Below are positions 36,483 to 51,598 of a DNA stretch of 64,000 bases, piece after piece. Each line of letters opens with the position of its first letter. Within the stretch, counting starts at the first letter, position 1. Origin of the DNA: Azolla caroliniana (Eukaryota > Plantae > Polypodiophyta); contig JBHGNT010000001.1 in the NCBI GenBank assembly GCA_043228905.1, positions 30,442,001-30,506,000 on the forward strand. Direction: 5' to 3'. The position numbers were made by a program, and so were the translations under genes. Below the pieces are notes generated by a model that was not told the origin of the DNA, made no database searches, and worked only from the letters and a program-made list of their open reading frames with translations.

Positions 36483-37937
36483 TTGTCTTTTCCATTCAAC
36501 AGCAAGACACATTCTATGTGAAAAACAAGGGAAAATAAATGAAGCATACAAAAAGCTACAAGATGGATGGCTAGATAATGGTGATAAAGTACCTCCAGCA
36601 GAGTTTGCAAAGGTACTGCCAAACTCTAAGTTTAACAACTATAATAACTTGTGATATACTAAGGTCATGTTGGAATTAAGAGATAAAGATATATTAATGT
36701 CTCTTATGATGCCAAAATGACTTATGAGTGGAACAAGAGTTACATTGTAAGATGTTATCTCATCTTTGAGAACAACAAAGCAAAGTAAATATAACTAAAC
36801 TAGTAGAGATGCCTAAGGTTACTAGCAATCTCGTGGCTAAGCACTTACATTCCGAGTTTAGATGGTCTGAAACTTCTGCCTTCCAAAGATCTCCAGCATG
36901 GGCTGATCCAAGATGAAGAATTATTCGAATCATGGGAAACACCTTTGCTTTTAGGAAACAGAATACCAAGCAACTGTAACTCAGTGGGAGTTAGTCAGCC
37001 CCTAGTTAATGAATGAGTGAGAGTGAGTGAACGTTTTGATTCTGCATACCAATAGTGATCTACTTGTCATTTTGTCAGTTTTCACCCCACTTTGGGGTTT
37101 CCCAATAGTAATACAACGTACTACAGAAAGAGGGAGAGTGAAAGAGAATGGGAGTAAGAGTGTTTTGTTTGCAGTTGGCTGCAGAATATTCTGAATGTCC
37201 ATCTGGTAAGAAAGGTGGAGATTTAGGGTGGTTTCCACGTGGTAAAATGGCAGGACCTTTTCAAGAAGTTGCATTTTCTACAGTGGTGGGTGCTTGTTCT
37301 GCACCATTCAAATCAACGTAAGTATTTTGAGATCTGCATATAAAGTTATGCACCTGGAATTTTTGTCTTTTGAAGTTGATCATAAATTTCCGTTAACAGC
37401 ATCACATTTTTTATTTTGAAAACATCCATGGTCATGTGACTTTAAGTGGTATATGCGTGAAGATTTTGGCGGTGTATTTATTTATCATTGCCTTTGATTG
37501 TAAATTAACATTAGAAAACCACTTGTTCAGGGGAAATATGTTAGCAAAATATTTTTGTACATGATCTCAAACACAATGCAGAAATGTTTTCTACTGTAGT
37601 TGTAACATCAGATGCATCAATTTAGTCACAAACCTGCAAAATTAAGGTTATTTACCACTGCAAAATCATGTTTATGCCTATTGCCTATACTTATAATATT
37701 TTATGGGCATATAAAGGCAATGCATTCATTTTATGTTCCAGCATTTACTGTATTTATTTAGTTGTTGTCAATGTGCTGTTCCTCTTTATGTTCTTCATGT
37801 AGAGTGGATTTTTATTGAAATTGACCCAGAATATCTAGCTCTTCTGGTGTTCTTATCTTTCAGACATTTCAAGATATTTATTTGACTTTTACAGGCATGG
37901 GTACCACATCATTCTAGCGGAAGGCAGGAAGAATTGA
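34472..37937 (+). CDS. PIN4: Parvulin-type peptidyl-prolyl isomerase (PIN4/Par14-like)
   Basis: Exons 34472-34646, 36503-36612, 37175-37317, 37895-37937 give TCTYVKARHILCEKQGKINEAYKKL..AAEYSECPSGKKGGDLGWFPRGKMAGPFQEVAF..STHGYHIILAEGRKN*. Confidence 0.95.
36392..36480. repeat. Compound (CA)n(GA)n microsatellite just upstream of the PIN4 exon-2 acceptor
   Basis: Direct reading. Confidence 0.97.
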
Positions 37938-40900
37938 GTTAGGGAAACTTTCAATTCTCACAACTAGCCATTGATATTTGTGTGTGAAATCTATGTGACT
38001 TATATGTGCTCGTGTCAAATGCATAATATTCTGCGATTTGTATATGGCATGATACGAAATATCTTATTATCAACAAGAAAACCATATATGTATGCTTTAT
38101 TATCGGGTCTTATTGGCAAAATAGAGCCTTTGAAGTATAGGTTTTGTGGTTTATGAGCCCATACCATTTGGATTTTAGGATGTGTTTTTGGAGGAATGAA
38201 TACATTTGTTGTGTTTACCTTGTCAATCCTTTCCATCATTTTTTAAGCAATATGATGGACAAATTGGTGAATTGCCTTTTGTGTGTTCGACAATTATTCA
38301 GGCTATTCTTGCATTAATTGCTTGAATTACATGGTGATATTTTTCTTGGCGATTCGTTCCTTTGATGCCTTGAATAATGATACTATATCATAATTAGTGA
38401 GCAAAAGAATAATAAGAGTGGCAAGGAAGTTTGAGTATATTCAATTGTCTACCACATAGGGACATCCCACTTCAAACATACACTCTTTACTTTCGATTGT
38501 TTCGAAGCATCTCTAGTGTCTACTTGACAATTGTCCACTTTTTGTAGTTTTTTTTGTGGGTTTTCACCTCATATTGAAGTTTCGCTCTAATAGCATAATT
38601 GTTATTGAAAAAAGAGTATATTAATCTAGTGTGCATTTTTTTCAAGTATTTGGTTCAATTTCATTATAAATGATTGTAATGACACGAAGTGATGGTATGG
38701 CTAAGTGCTTGAAGAAATATGCAAATTATTTAGTATATTGAAAATTTTCTCTATTGGTTAACCTAGGCCCTAGGTAATGTTATAGTAAAGATTTTCAAAC
38801 GAATAGATTTGGTTGCAAGAGTTATGAGATTAAAGATAGTAACTCAAAGAAAGCAATTTTCAAGACTGATTTATCACATGTGATTGTCTACCTTATTATA
38901 TCTTCATCTTGGGTTTACAAAATTACAAGAAGTACATGTTAATCATGAGAGTGGTTGGTCTATGCATGAGGATTTGAACTCAATTGTGTATTATACATAG
39001 GTGTTGCATTAATCCTTGTTTAGTAAAGAACATATGGACCAAAGAATGTATGAGAAGGGTGTTAAAGTTTGAATAGTTTCGTTGTTTGTTTGTTGTAGAA
39101 CAAGCAAGATCAATATTTCGAAGAAGTTTATACGTGACTTAATAGCATAGAGCAAGCATGCTTTCAAAATTATGATGAGAGCAAATCGCAAGAAATAAAA
39201 GTTCATTACGAGAATGGTTACCTTGGCCACTAACATTTTGCTTTGTGGTGAAGGATAGTTTGAATGGTAGACTAGTTGTCTCCAAACCCAAAGATTAATA
39301 AACGTTGTAGCCAAGAATTGCATCCATTTGAAAGTATTTGTAGATAAAGTAATTACAAGCCATACATGATTTAGACAAAGAGCTTTTAATAGTGTGGTCT
39401 AAAGAAACACAAGAGTATGAAATCGTAATAATCGAAAAGGTGGCGGTATCTCATCTATTCATTGTCCATAACATTATGAGATGTAAATCATCCCAAGACA
39501 AGAGAGGGACTTGGTAGCTTTCATGTTTTGTTCTCTTAACAAAGAAAAAATGTGTAACCACCAGTCGTACCCAAACAATAATATTCCGGGGGAGAATGCA
39601 CCTGAAATAGAATATTTTAGGCTGGCTTCCATGAAAAATTCTGAGTCTCTCTTCAAGGCCGCGATAACATGAAAACACGAACTTTAAGGCTCAATAGCTA
39701 AATACATTGCAATTGAATCGCAGGCCAAGACCATGGAAGGCATACTGCGAGTGGAAGGTAAATTTAATACAATGGATTCAGAAGCATTCAACCTCTCCCG
39801 TTTAAAATAATCCAAACACATAACAAATAGTATTGGTCGTACTTAATACTGGCAATATTTCGTGAAAGTATGTCGAATTGTCTTTCATACCATTATTATA
39901 TGCTAGATTAGCAAACGTTATGAGTGCGCTAGCGGCAATCGGTACGATGGTTATTAGAAACCGATGGGGTAGGATTTCCCTCTCTAGTCAAAATCACACG
40001 TGCAAGTTTCCCTGCATGTGGCTTGTTTGTGATGACTTTTGCTGGAGATTTACGGGAACAAGCGAACCTTTCAAATCAAACATTGGTTTATGTGTTCAGA
40101 GTACATGGCTTAGTTGCCTGAATTCAAGTTCTATTTACTATCTCTAGACGTGAGTTCACTTCAAAATTACCAACCGACCTTGCTTGTGTCCTTCATTCAA
40201 CAAAAGTTTCACCCACGCCCTTCACTCTACGAAAGAAGGCCGAAGGTCCGTATTTTGAACCAAAGATTCCCGGACGATTATTTGACTATGGAAGTCCTGC
40301 TGGCTCCATTTGGCTTTCAGCGAGTTCGGGTCTCTGGAAGGCTAGCCGTGTTGCATTACCATACCACACTACTCTAGGACTTATAGTGAGGCTTGTCAGG
40401 GGGGAATCCAATCGCAATGCATCTTGCTCAGCGAGTCAAGCGTAGCTATCCACTTCTTTCTTGCTTGTTGGGGTAGTATAGAATGTCTATTGTTGTGTGT
40501 CCAGGGCTTACGTTTAGGACAATCATGGCTTGGTTGGAGAAGTTTTGTTTGCGAGCGACTCGACTTGCTAGTCTGACAACAAGAGTGACCTACTTATCAC
40601 CACTGTATAGGTCGGAGAGCTACTATGCACATGAACTCGGAAGCTTATATGCGGGCAAGAGGAATGACGAGGCCATAGAGGATTAGGATGGTCCATGAAC
40701 TCAGTGTAGTTCGTCTATGTACATATATAGGATCATGGACTATATGTACATTATACATATATAACTATGAGATCTATTCATAGTAATAATACTAATGAGG
40801 AGAGGGTGTGGAGGGGGTCTAACTTCGTAAATTGAGAGGACGTGGAGACTACATCTAAAAACCCTCATAACTTTCAGAAAGACGAAAACCTAAGACGCTT

Positions 40901-41097
40901 TTGCTGCGCGCGTTCGCTCTGTGCAGAGAGAGATCACCTGCAGAGAGATCGCGCGAAGAAGTAAGACAGACGTATAGTCTCGGAAGAAACGTAGCCTGCA
41001 AGAATCAGAGGAACGAACTAGGAGAGTCAGAAGAAGTGTCGAACTGAAGAAGAAGACCTGTTTTTCTCCCCTTTTCTCTGTGTACATCTTCTTCGCA

Positions 41098-44000
41098 ATG
41101 AGGCCCATTTTGTTGAAAGGACACGAGAGGCCTCTCACTTTCCTCAAGTATAATAGAGATGGAGACCTTCTCTTCTCTTGTGCCAAAGATCATACCCCTA
41201 ACGTTTGGTACGCTCACAACGGTGAACGTGTTGGCACATACAAAGGTCACAATGGAGCTGTCTGGTGCTGTGATGTATCAAGTATGTGCTACTCTTTCCT
41301 GTATGCGTGGAATGTACATGCATACATATTTGCACGTACATATGTGTAGATATGTGCGTTTTTACGAACATATATTTACATGGTGATAGATCTGCATAGT
41401 GTTTTGATGACCTAGTCTGCATTGATTTCGTTTATCTGTGTGGTGCTGATCGATCCTTGAACCTGTAGTTTCGGTACATCCTTCCAAAAACCAATCTTAT
41501 TGATTATCACAAAATAATTTAAGAATAATTTGATCCAGCTCATTCATTGATTCTGTCTGGTACGAGGAAGGCCATATCACTGTTTCCTAATAAATTTGTT
41601 ATGTGTGGACTAGTTCTCCAAAATCCTCTTATGCCTCTTTTGTTCTTTCACTTGTTTTTATCCTCCTCTCATTCAAGATATCGTAAATAATAAAAAAAGT
41701 CTATCTTTTATTTTTTGCATTAAAGAAACTGAGGAGAAGGGGAGATAAACAGATTAATGTATTGTATAGAAAATAGAGGGGCAGCAAAATCCAGTGATAG
41801 GTGTTTGTCTAATCAACAAGAATGGGAATTTATCAATCAAATTCAACGAATGATATTCTATGACACAAACTCTATGAAACCATGTCATAGAGCAACTGGA
41901 ATTCATAGTTCTGGTCTGTGAAACTCAGACCATCTCGATTTGGGACAGTGGCAAAATAAATCATCGATGCTAGTGCCACTTCTCATTTGCACTCTAGATA
42001 GAGGTGAGGATGATGTTAAGGCAGCTTTCCTATTTTCTACTGGAGGCATTTGCTACAATGACCAGGATAAAGATCTACCCCCAGTATAAGATCTGAACCA
42101 CAAGGGGGTAGCTAACATCAGAAACTTGGTCTCAGTTTGGATTGCGCAATGGATCCATCTTGTGCTGTGATGTATCACATGAATCTTCCCCCACTTTCCC
42201 ATCACTTAAACTTGGCTACAAGTGACTTGGCTTGTTTAATATTACCCAGCATATTAACTCGTCTTGGTCTTCTGCCATGGTCCTGGATTCATGACCTTTT
42301 CCACGTGGCCTTGTTGGAGTCTTACTGCAACCATGGTCTTTGATGCCAACCATGGGCATATGCCAAGACAAGGGATCAAGGCAACAAACCCAAGAGACGT
42401 TTTTAATCTAGAAGAGACCTTTATTGCTATTCAAATGGACATGTCCCAATAACCAGGATTACGTTTATGTTATGACCAATCTAGTCAATTTGATTGCTGT
42501 TCAAAGTGTGCTGTCATTTGGGGGCAGGAGTATGATAAGTTGTTTGCTTTCAGTCTATTGATTTGAAAAGTCCTTAACTTGTGTTTTTTATATATGAAGA
42601 AACATTTGATTTGCTTTTTTCCTTCTAGTCAATGCATTGGTTTTTTAGATAGTGAAGTCAGCAAATCATTCTTCTTGGTTCTCGTTTATGAATCTATCAT
42701 CTTCATGTACAGCCGACTTTATACAAATCAGAACATGTTTTGTTGTTATATGACTTACCACATTTTTCCAAACTTTCTCTGTGTAAAGAAGTATTCTTCT
42801 TTATGTCCTAAGTAATGTAAACAATTTGTCACATATTTGCTGTGATATTGTATTAATTGTGATTTCTGGGTTCTTTTTTATGCTGGACGTCATATAAATG
42901 TCAAAAGAAACTCCACCTTAAATGTACTCATGTATGCATATTCCCTTATGCTTAAATAGAAGTTGTGTGGGTGCAGGAGATACTAGTCGGTTGATTACAG
43001 GTTCTGCAGATCAGACAGTCAAGTTATGGGATGTAGAGACAGGTGCACAGCTTCATACATTCTTGTTTGGATCACCTGCAAGAGCAGTGGACTTTGCTAT
43101 TGGTGACAAACTGGCTGTTATCACAACTGATCCCTTTATGGGAGCACCATCGGCTATTCATGTGAAACAAGTTGATGGAGAGAGCATTAAAGGTTATTAC
43201 TACACTAGCTTTGCTTTTATAAATTATTATAGACGAGAGTTTCTAAGCCACTGCCCCTTGATTATTCAGATACCAGGGATTCCTTGCTTACTCTTACTGG
43301 TCCAACTGGTAGGATTAACAGGGCTGTATGGGGTCCTTTGAATAAGACTATTATTAGTGCCGGTGAGGATGCTATCATTCGAATTTGGGATGCACAGGTT
43401 TGTAGATGTGAGAAGATTCATTTCCATCAAATATTTTCTAGGTGTTTCTAAAAAATGTACTGGTATATTATCTGTATTCTGAACTGAGTTTATTCTGTTG
43501 TTTTCCTTTTTGTGGATGTATGCAATTTCGGGCTAAGGTTTTGTTGTGCTTGATAGTGTTGAGCTGATAAGCCTGTGAAGCTTGTGGGCATGAAATGATC
43601 ATGTTTCAAAATGCTGAATTTGATTTTGTCTAGATGTAACCAAGAATTTATGAGAGAAACACCCCACAATCCTCTCTGTATAAAGTGTGAGGTTATCTTG
43701 TGGAAAAGATGTGCCCACACTTTTTTGTTAACTCTATGCCAGTTAATGTGAACGCAAATTCTATTTTGACCGTGTTTTTTAGTATAAATGCAAATTATTT
43801 TCAACCTTTTGAGATATATGCAGCATGTTTACTGGCTCCTACAATGTCTTTTTACAGACCGGTAAAATTCTAAAAGAAAGCAATCCGGATGGAGGTCATC
43901 AGAAAAACATCACTTCATTAGCAAAATCTGCAGATGGGTCACATTTTATCACTGGTTCTAGTGATAAGACTGCAAAGGTATGCTTTTCATTCTGGCCAAT

Positions 44001-45246
44001 CACCTCCTAAGGATTGATTTCTATGTATTTATAAATGCATGAATACGTCTTTTATATGTGGTTATAGTCACATGCATCCCATCAGTATCCATTCATTACA
44101 TTCATTGACTTAATGTGGTAATGCAGCACTTGTTTTATTGTTGTCTATAGTTATGGGATATCAGGACATTGAAACTTCTGAAGACATATTCAGCTGAGCG
44201 ACCAGTTAATGCTGCAGCTATCTCTCCACTTTTTGATCATGTAAGTCTGATACTTCAAACTGTCAAACAATATTACTTAACCCATTTGCAGTCTGCAGTG
44301 TAACAGATGAGACAAAAACAATGCAATATATGTGGTTGTAAATTGAAGATGCATTCCTAAAGACCATCACCTAAAACATGCTAAAATATCATACAGAAAC
44401 TAAGAAAGATGTTCTCATGAATGAAGGAATCTTGGATAAACTGTGAATGAACCCATGTGAGAGGAGAAATGAACAGATCAAACTCATAATATATACAATG
44501 AAAAGAGTCTCAATTAGCAATCAAGACATTATGTGAAGACACAATGCTGTCCTAAATGAGATGTAAGAGGAAATGACAGGTAGAAAACTTTAAAGAGCTG
44601 ACTTAGGTTTAGATTTTACTTATATAACATATATTTTTAGGGTTGCCTATTGTACCATGTATTAAGATGTTGGGGGAGTTTATAGATGGTTCAATGATTT
44701 TATTTCCTTCCATACCAGAATGCTTTTGCCATACAAACTGGACACATTATGGGTCAGTGAATAATTCAACCAGAAGAACTAATAAAGTGCCTAGTACATG
44801 AAGTTGGAAAGAGAATTTATATTTGTTTTTTGCAGGTTGTTATTGGAGGAGGTCAAGAAGCTTCTCAAGTGACTACTAGTGATCGTAGAGCTGGTAAATT
44901 TGAAGCAACTTTCTATCACAAGGTTTGACTCTGGCCTTAGAAAGTTTCAGTGTCAATTTCTACTCTAGTGTGCGGAAGAGTTGATTCCACATTTTTATTT
45001 TTAAAGATATACCAAGATGAGATTGGCGGTGTCAAGGGACATTTTGGGCCAATCAATGCCCTTGCATTTAATCCAGATGGCAGAGGGTGAGTGAAGTTTA
45101 TATAAATTAAGTCTGCATTTCATTTTGATTTCACATTTTGATCATGCCTTATATTTGAATGCTTGTACAGCTTTTCAAGTGGTGGTGAAGATGGCTATGT
45201 TAGGTTGCATCATTTTGATGCAGACTACTATAATATCAGAGTGTAA
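41098..45246 (+). CDS. eIF3i: Translation initiation factor 3 subunit I (WD40, TRIP-1)
   Basis: [105 protein letters not shown] across GT-AG exons. Confidence 0.96.
42137..42540 (+). mobile_element. Degraded Ty3/gypsy integrase C-terminal remnant in eIF3i intron 1
   Basis: [19 protein letters not shown] resembles the gypsy LPxxxxIHxVFHVSLL motif; a purine tract near 42520 could be a PPT. Confidence 0.5.
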
Positions 45247-46756
45247 TAGTCTTGATAGAGCTTCGTGCTCTTTAAATTTTGAGTTTTGGGGCTGGAAATT
45301 TAAGCCAGACTTCATGCTATTCAGAAAATGAAGTATCTCAACTTTCATAATATAGGCAATATTCTACTACGCATTTTGGTGCAAGATTTGCGGAAATGTG
45401 TGGTTAATACTCATCTTGTGGAACGCTATATGTACCATTGCATTCTGGCTGAATCTGACCTGTTCATTTACACTATTTCTCAAGCTTCTGGTTAACATGA
45501 GGACACCTTTCCATCTTATATTTTTTGTATAGTAAGTATAATCCGTATCCTCAAATCTATTTTCTGTGTAGGAAAGATCTTATCTACTAATCTATTTGTT
45601 GAAGGTAAGAAATTGTAGTAGTGGTGCTGCACCAAATTATGATTGGTTTGATCAGTTACTGCAGTTTGTTGTTTTTTGTCAGTTTTTCCTCCTTAATTGA
45701 GACCTTAAGCTAAATGGCCTTCTATTTAGAACAGTAAATGAAAGTAGACCAAATTAAATTGGGTGTTCCATGCTGGTAGCCGCACAGTTGAAGAAATGCT
45801 AGGGTTGGGGGAAAGGTCATGGTTATAGTTTGTGTACTGTCAAAGGAATACTAGGGTTGGTTACCCCTCATGATTGAAAGAAACACTTTGGCTGGTTACC
45901 TCTTTTCATGATTGTGAAGCCATCACTAAATCTGCAGGTTGGTACTCTGGTGCGTAGAATAATGAAGGATTAGGATAGAAAAGAAGTGATCTTAGTACTC
46001 CGGTACTTTGTTATTATTCTACAGATATAAAAGGAATTATCTTATATACCAGCAGAACGTGAAGAGTGTTTTGTACGCTGGAAAATTTAACATCATATAT
46101 TTCAACCTCTAATTCTATGATGAAGAAAAGACCAGATCCTACCTGAAGAGAATTTAGATTACTAGACGTCTCAAATTTATAAATAAAACCTTAAATGCAA
46201 TTATCGCCAATATTACAAATGACCTTTAATACAGTTATTGACACGAATGTATTATTGATGAAGTCTTTAATCCTCAAAAACAAGAGGCCAAAGTGATGTT
46301 GCTATAATACAGGGAAGAAAAACACCCTCTTATATATGATTAATTCACTTCTGCTGCACATAGCATCCATGTAATCACGTATCTATCATATTCCATTTCC
46401 ATTCGTTAGATTTCACATTTGTATGCAGGCAATTGTCCCTTTCAAAAACTCAACACAGTATTTGATAAATTATCAGTGGAATGCTTTAATCCTCCAGTGC
46501 CACTGAGCAAAACGGTGTGGCTATAATACATAGTTCACATTGACTACCCTTGACAGAATTATCAATGGAATGCTTTTATCCTCAAATGCAACTAAGCAAA
46601 GTGGTAATGTTATAGATGACATTGAACTCAACTCTCTTCTAACGCACACAGCATACGTGAAATAAAAAATTATCACACTCCATTTACATACCATGGCAGG
46701 TTTTACTAATACCTGTCATATTTACCTTGGGATATTCTTTAATCATCTAGGAATTT

Positions 46757-48390
46757 CTAAGCCAATGCATTCAGTCTCAAATACTGATCAGAAGGAACAG
46801 TCACCATACCTGTGTACATAACAATTTGTCATTCCAATTTTGGACAATAATGCAAATTTAGTTTGTACACCCCATGCTAAGGATTGTCCTCAAATGAGAG
46901 TTATGACTTGTCAGTATTGGAAGCCATGTTAAAATAGTAGTATATTAACTTTTAAGCTCCTGTAAAGAGGAGCTTAGCTGGTAAACCAGACAGGTATGTA
47001 CCAGCTGTATCACTAATCAATTTACGAAAACCCAAGGCTGATGACTCTCTGAGGTCCTTAATGAGGTCATTTGTATCAATATCAAAGCTTGCTTCATCCA
47101 GAGATGAATTCGAATTTGCTTTGCTTGTTTCGGCAGTATACAATTTCCTAAAGCGTGAATGCATACTAAGGTGGCCTGTGTAACGAGAGTACTCACTAAA
47201 TACTTTTCCACATTCCTGACATGTCATTGCAATAGACTTTCCTACATTCATCTCTTCTATATGAGGTCGGACTTGTCTTCCAAGAATTTCTGACTCATGT
47301 TTTCTCTTTGATGTATCATTATCTTGCTCTTGCTCATTCACGTCTTCCATTGGATGCTCTGAGGGTATGCTAATGGGCTTGCCTTTGACTTGATTTTTGG
47401 AACTTCCAACTGCTCTCCCAAGTAACTTTCCAACCGATCTGGTCATTTTCTTCCTTGACTTTTTGAAGTGTAGGTCTAAATGATTGACATATTGCTGCTT
47501 TTTGGTAAATCTTCTCTGGTATTTACCACATTTGAATTCCCGAACTTTTTTCTTCCATGAATGTCGAGGCCAAAGAGACTCTAATTTTGGTTTTGGCAGA
47601 CTGAAGTTCTTGTCAGAGGCATCAGCTTCGCCCTCATCCTTGATTTCTCCATGCTCTTGTTCAACAGGCGGCATACTCTGTATAAACATGAAGGGACCTA
47701 GGAATTAACAATTTTAAACATAATCTGAAACCTTTGCAAAATATTTCAAATGTTATTCAAAATTTACCGCCTCAGTAGAATGCCCATATGCCAATGCATG
47801 CCGTTTCAATGTAAACGGTGTAGCATAGAAATTCCCACAAGTGACACATAAACAGCGACCACTTTGTTGTTTCTTTATAGCAGTGGATATTCCCGCTTTT
47901 GCCTTGACGACATAAGACATTATATTAAAACCTCAAGCTCACGCTCATACTAAAAAATGTTAACACCAGAGTTGCATAAGAGAATTTACCACGCTCAGAT
48001 CCACTTTATGACCAGTTGAACCAGCATGCCTTCTTAGGCTGAATGCATTGGAGAATGTTTTATTACATGTGAGGCAGAAAAGAGAACCTTTTCCCAGCAA
48101 CTTGTCCTGTTTTGATTGCGTGCAAGATAAAACATGAATTATATTCAGAATTCCAGAAACAAAAATAATTGAGGCCCATGGTCAATGGCTAAAGAGAGGA
48201 AAGGGGATGATTTCACAATGTCTTGAATTGACATGCAAAGTCAGCGTACCATCAAAGGTTCTGAGCACTCCATGAAACTTTCAGACTGTGATATTGGCGT
48301 CTCAGGTGATCTTGGATCACTTGCACATTGAGCTGCTGCTGTATTTATACCAATCACGGAACCAGAGCGCGTTGTTCGTTCTTTAGGCAT
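46757..48390 (-). CDS. C2H2 zinc-finger exons (3 canonical plus 1 degenerate finger); 3' part of the MBD8-like locus or an independent gene
   Basis: Five in-frame GT-AG exons: MPKERTTRSG.., CLTCNKTFSNAFSLRRHAGSTGH, CVTCGNFYATPFTLKRHALAYGH, FKCGKYQRRF..HLDLH, CQECGKVFSEYSRYTGHLSMH, ending RLNALA*. Confidence 0.75.
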
Positions 48391-51300
48391 CTGTTCCTCC
48401 ATAGCAGAGCTTCATTACCAGGTTTACATGTAGGTCAGAAACAATCAACACTGATGATGAGCATGGCATGCTTGCTACCATGTCAAAACTAGCCAATTAA
48501 ACATAGAACACTTGCTGAATCTGAATTGCATCTATGTTTCAGTACCTTAACCATTATTTATAATATGTGTACAGATATACATATGTGTGCGTGCTTTTTC
48601 TTTGCTACACCATATTGCAACATAATTATCAAAGAACATAAAGACGCTCTGCAGAAATGATTGAGATTAACAAGTCAACAAAGAACCCGCTCGCATTATC
48701 AAAACCCAAAGGGTAAGGCGTGGGTGTATAAAAAGACCAAGACCAAGTCCCATGTCATGATGCAGTTGACATATTTTTCCATAAGGCAATATCTAAAAAT
48801 CAATCTAAATATAAGAATGTCATCCACAAAAGAGAAATAGATGATGAACTGTTTGGGTTTCACTTATGGTCAACAAACCAAACAAGAGATGATATGCCGC
48901 AAGAAATTTAAACGAACATAATTCAATCAAGGGAAAACATGAATTTGACAAAAACAAGACAATAATATGTACTAGCACCAAAAAACTGGTTCACAGCCTT
49001 TTACCCTTGTTGAATCCCCCCTGCACGTTATCATAAATGTCATCGCTCACCCTCTTAACTCCTCGTCATCAACATGAAGGGATGGATAAATCAGAATGAG
49101 CGGTATCATTGCATTCATGTCTTGATATTTCCCCAACAGGAAATTTTGATATTTTCTTGATCAAGCATAACCAATGTAACATCCACTCACTCTCATATAT
49201 GATTTTCCTTGATCTCCAGAATAAGCCCCAGGTTTCTATACAGGTTTATTCACATTAGAAGGAAGAAACCTATTTCACTGTTCTTTGATTCCTCTCAGAC
49301 AATACATGTGACAAGCTGGCACCATAAGTGTGAGAGCTTGAAGTTAATGCACTCAACAATTTCAGGCTCAATGGATTTACCCTTGACTGCCTATGCCTCA
49401 TCCTCACTCGTTTTCATAAAACTAGGCTTCTTACATTCTAATCAGATAATGTCCTTGGCATATAAATACACAAAATGAAGGTTGCTTTCTCAAATGCTTC
49501 CACGCTTCACATCCCTTGGACCATCTTTCTCTTATTTTATGACATATTTTCTGCAGTGTTACTAATACACGGTTTCTTGCAGGTTCGTCGATTGATGTGA
49601 GCTGTCAAGTGCATTGTTAAGAATGCTCACTTGTTATAAACATGTCAGTACATTTTTCTTGTGCAAAAAAATAGTCAATATAAAAAGATACATTTAATTT
49701 TAACGCAAAAACATGCATGTTTTCAGCCTGAGTTCTTGCTCTTGACGCAAAAACATGCATGTTTTCAGCCTGAGTTCTTGCTCTTGAAGTGTATCTCTCT
49801 AGTGCAGCACTCCATCCTGGGCTATGTTAAACAAACGGATCAAAAAAATAATTACACGGATTGCAACCATGTTCTCCTTCCTTTGCTCACCTTTCCTATG
49901 CACCTTACTGCTTCCTTCTCTTCCTTATCCTTCTCATCATTCCCACTTCATTCCCATGTCTCACCTCAACCCCTTTTTGCTTCAGTTCCACTGATGCTTT
50001 TTCTTGATGTTATTACGCCTTCACGCCAGTTGGGCCTCTAGCCCTAACTTCCCGCTTCCTCCATATATTTTCTCTTTCATGTACCATATGACACAACAGC
50101 AATTTCTTGCAGGAGATTAGACACATGATTATCCCTGGAATTAAGATGACTGTATGTGTTTAACGTTTGATTTTATGGAGTCAGTATTCTAGCATGTGAA
50201 GGGATCCATTCACTGCAACAGTTTCTGTTGCATAAGCATGCTGATTGGATCTAGCTTGTTAAAATGCAATTCTATTTAGTCAAATGTCAGGAATGATAAA
50301 GTATCACTGTGTAATATACAGGTAAATGATGTGTTTGAGCCTGAGCAATTGTGCTGCTATAGGGTTTGTTGTTCAGTCCTGCTAGATTGTGCGCAAAAGC
50401 CTAAATGATGCTTGGTTGAAAATCCTGAGTCTGTTTAATTTGTAATATTAGGGTTTTCAGCCACAGTAGGTCAGCTAAGACACTTCTGTGGATCCATGTT
50501 TACCAGAGCTTGTGTTGTGGAGGCTGAAACATTCTATTGTTCTTATCCATTGATTCTAGTTGGATGCCAAGAAATAATATGTGGGGGCTAAGTTTTGGGG
50601 CCAATTGGAGCATTACGTTGAATTTTCTACATTCTTCTCAGGAGTATTGTTGATTATTGTTAGTTCAGTGAAAGCTAGTCATAGAAGTGTCAATCACTGC
50701 CATTTTTCTTGCTGTCAATCACTGCCATTGAAGTTCGTTTGCTTTCAGATTCTTCCTTCTTTCCCTCGTTGTCTGTAATGTTGTTGTAAGTTCTTGTTTT
50801 GCTGATTCCTAAACAAAAACTTTCCTACACAGTTGCATATGTTTTTGATGAATGCACATGTGAAATATGAGTAAATGCAGTGATAGCAAGAAAAATGATA
50901 AAAAGGAGCATTGGAATCACGAAGGAAAATGGCAATGAAATGGCCTTGCTTTGCTTGCTGCAGATGTTTTTGAAAAGATGATATGCAAAATTTATATGAA
51001 TAAATGCAGCGGGACAAGGACAAAAAGGATTAAAAATGTGGCAAAGGAAAATTATGATGCAAATTTTCCATTTGTACTTGAGATAATTTTATATACATCT
51101 GTATGTATGAATTGAAGTACAGACCTGATTTGCAAAAGCATGTGCAAAATGTCGTGATTAAATGCATCAAGATCAAAGACAATGAGAAAAGGGGCAACAT
51201 TGTTGCAAAAGGCTCGTTACAAGGATAAGGGAAATTTGCAATAGATTTTCCCTTCTGTAGCTAAAACAAAGTGTACACATGCCTAAATATATATGAGATG

Positions 51301-51598
51301 AATTATGCAGACACTGTATATATGGCAACAGCACGCACGTGTAAAATTAATTGAAGGAGGGAAACAAGATCAAGGAATGAGCAAAGACACAAAACCATGA
51401 CCAAAGGCTAGTTGAAGATGTCATGAAAATGACATACATTTTCTTTGTCATAAGAACACGTCTATATATATACACACACACACACACACACATCAATTAA
51501 AGCACATCCCTTGGGGATGTCAATTCTCTTTTGTAGCTAAGACGAATAATATGCATGCAAACATATATAAATAGATGAATGAAATTTCAAGTACACAC

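Noticed and set aside
36275-36638. ORFs with THTHT/RERER/SLSLS tracts
   Set aside because: Translations of the (CA)n(GA)n microsatellite
39878-40760. Short ORFs and LTR-like composition upstream of eIF3i
   Set aside because: No protein motif, PBS, PPT or terminal repeat could be established
49702-49787. Exact 42-bp tandem duplication, giving TQKHACFQPEFLLL twice in ORF 49661-50041
   Set aside because: Local duplication in the decayed MBD8-like interval; the plus-strand ORF has no coding support
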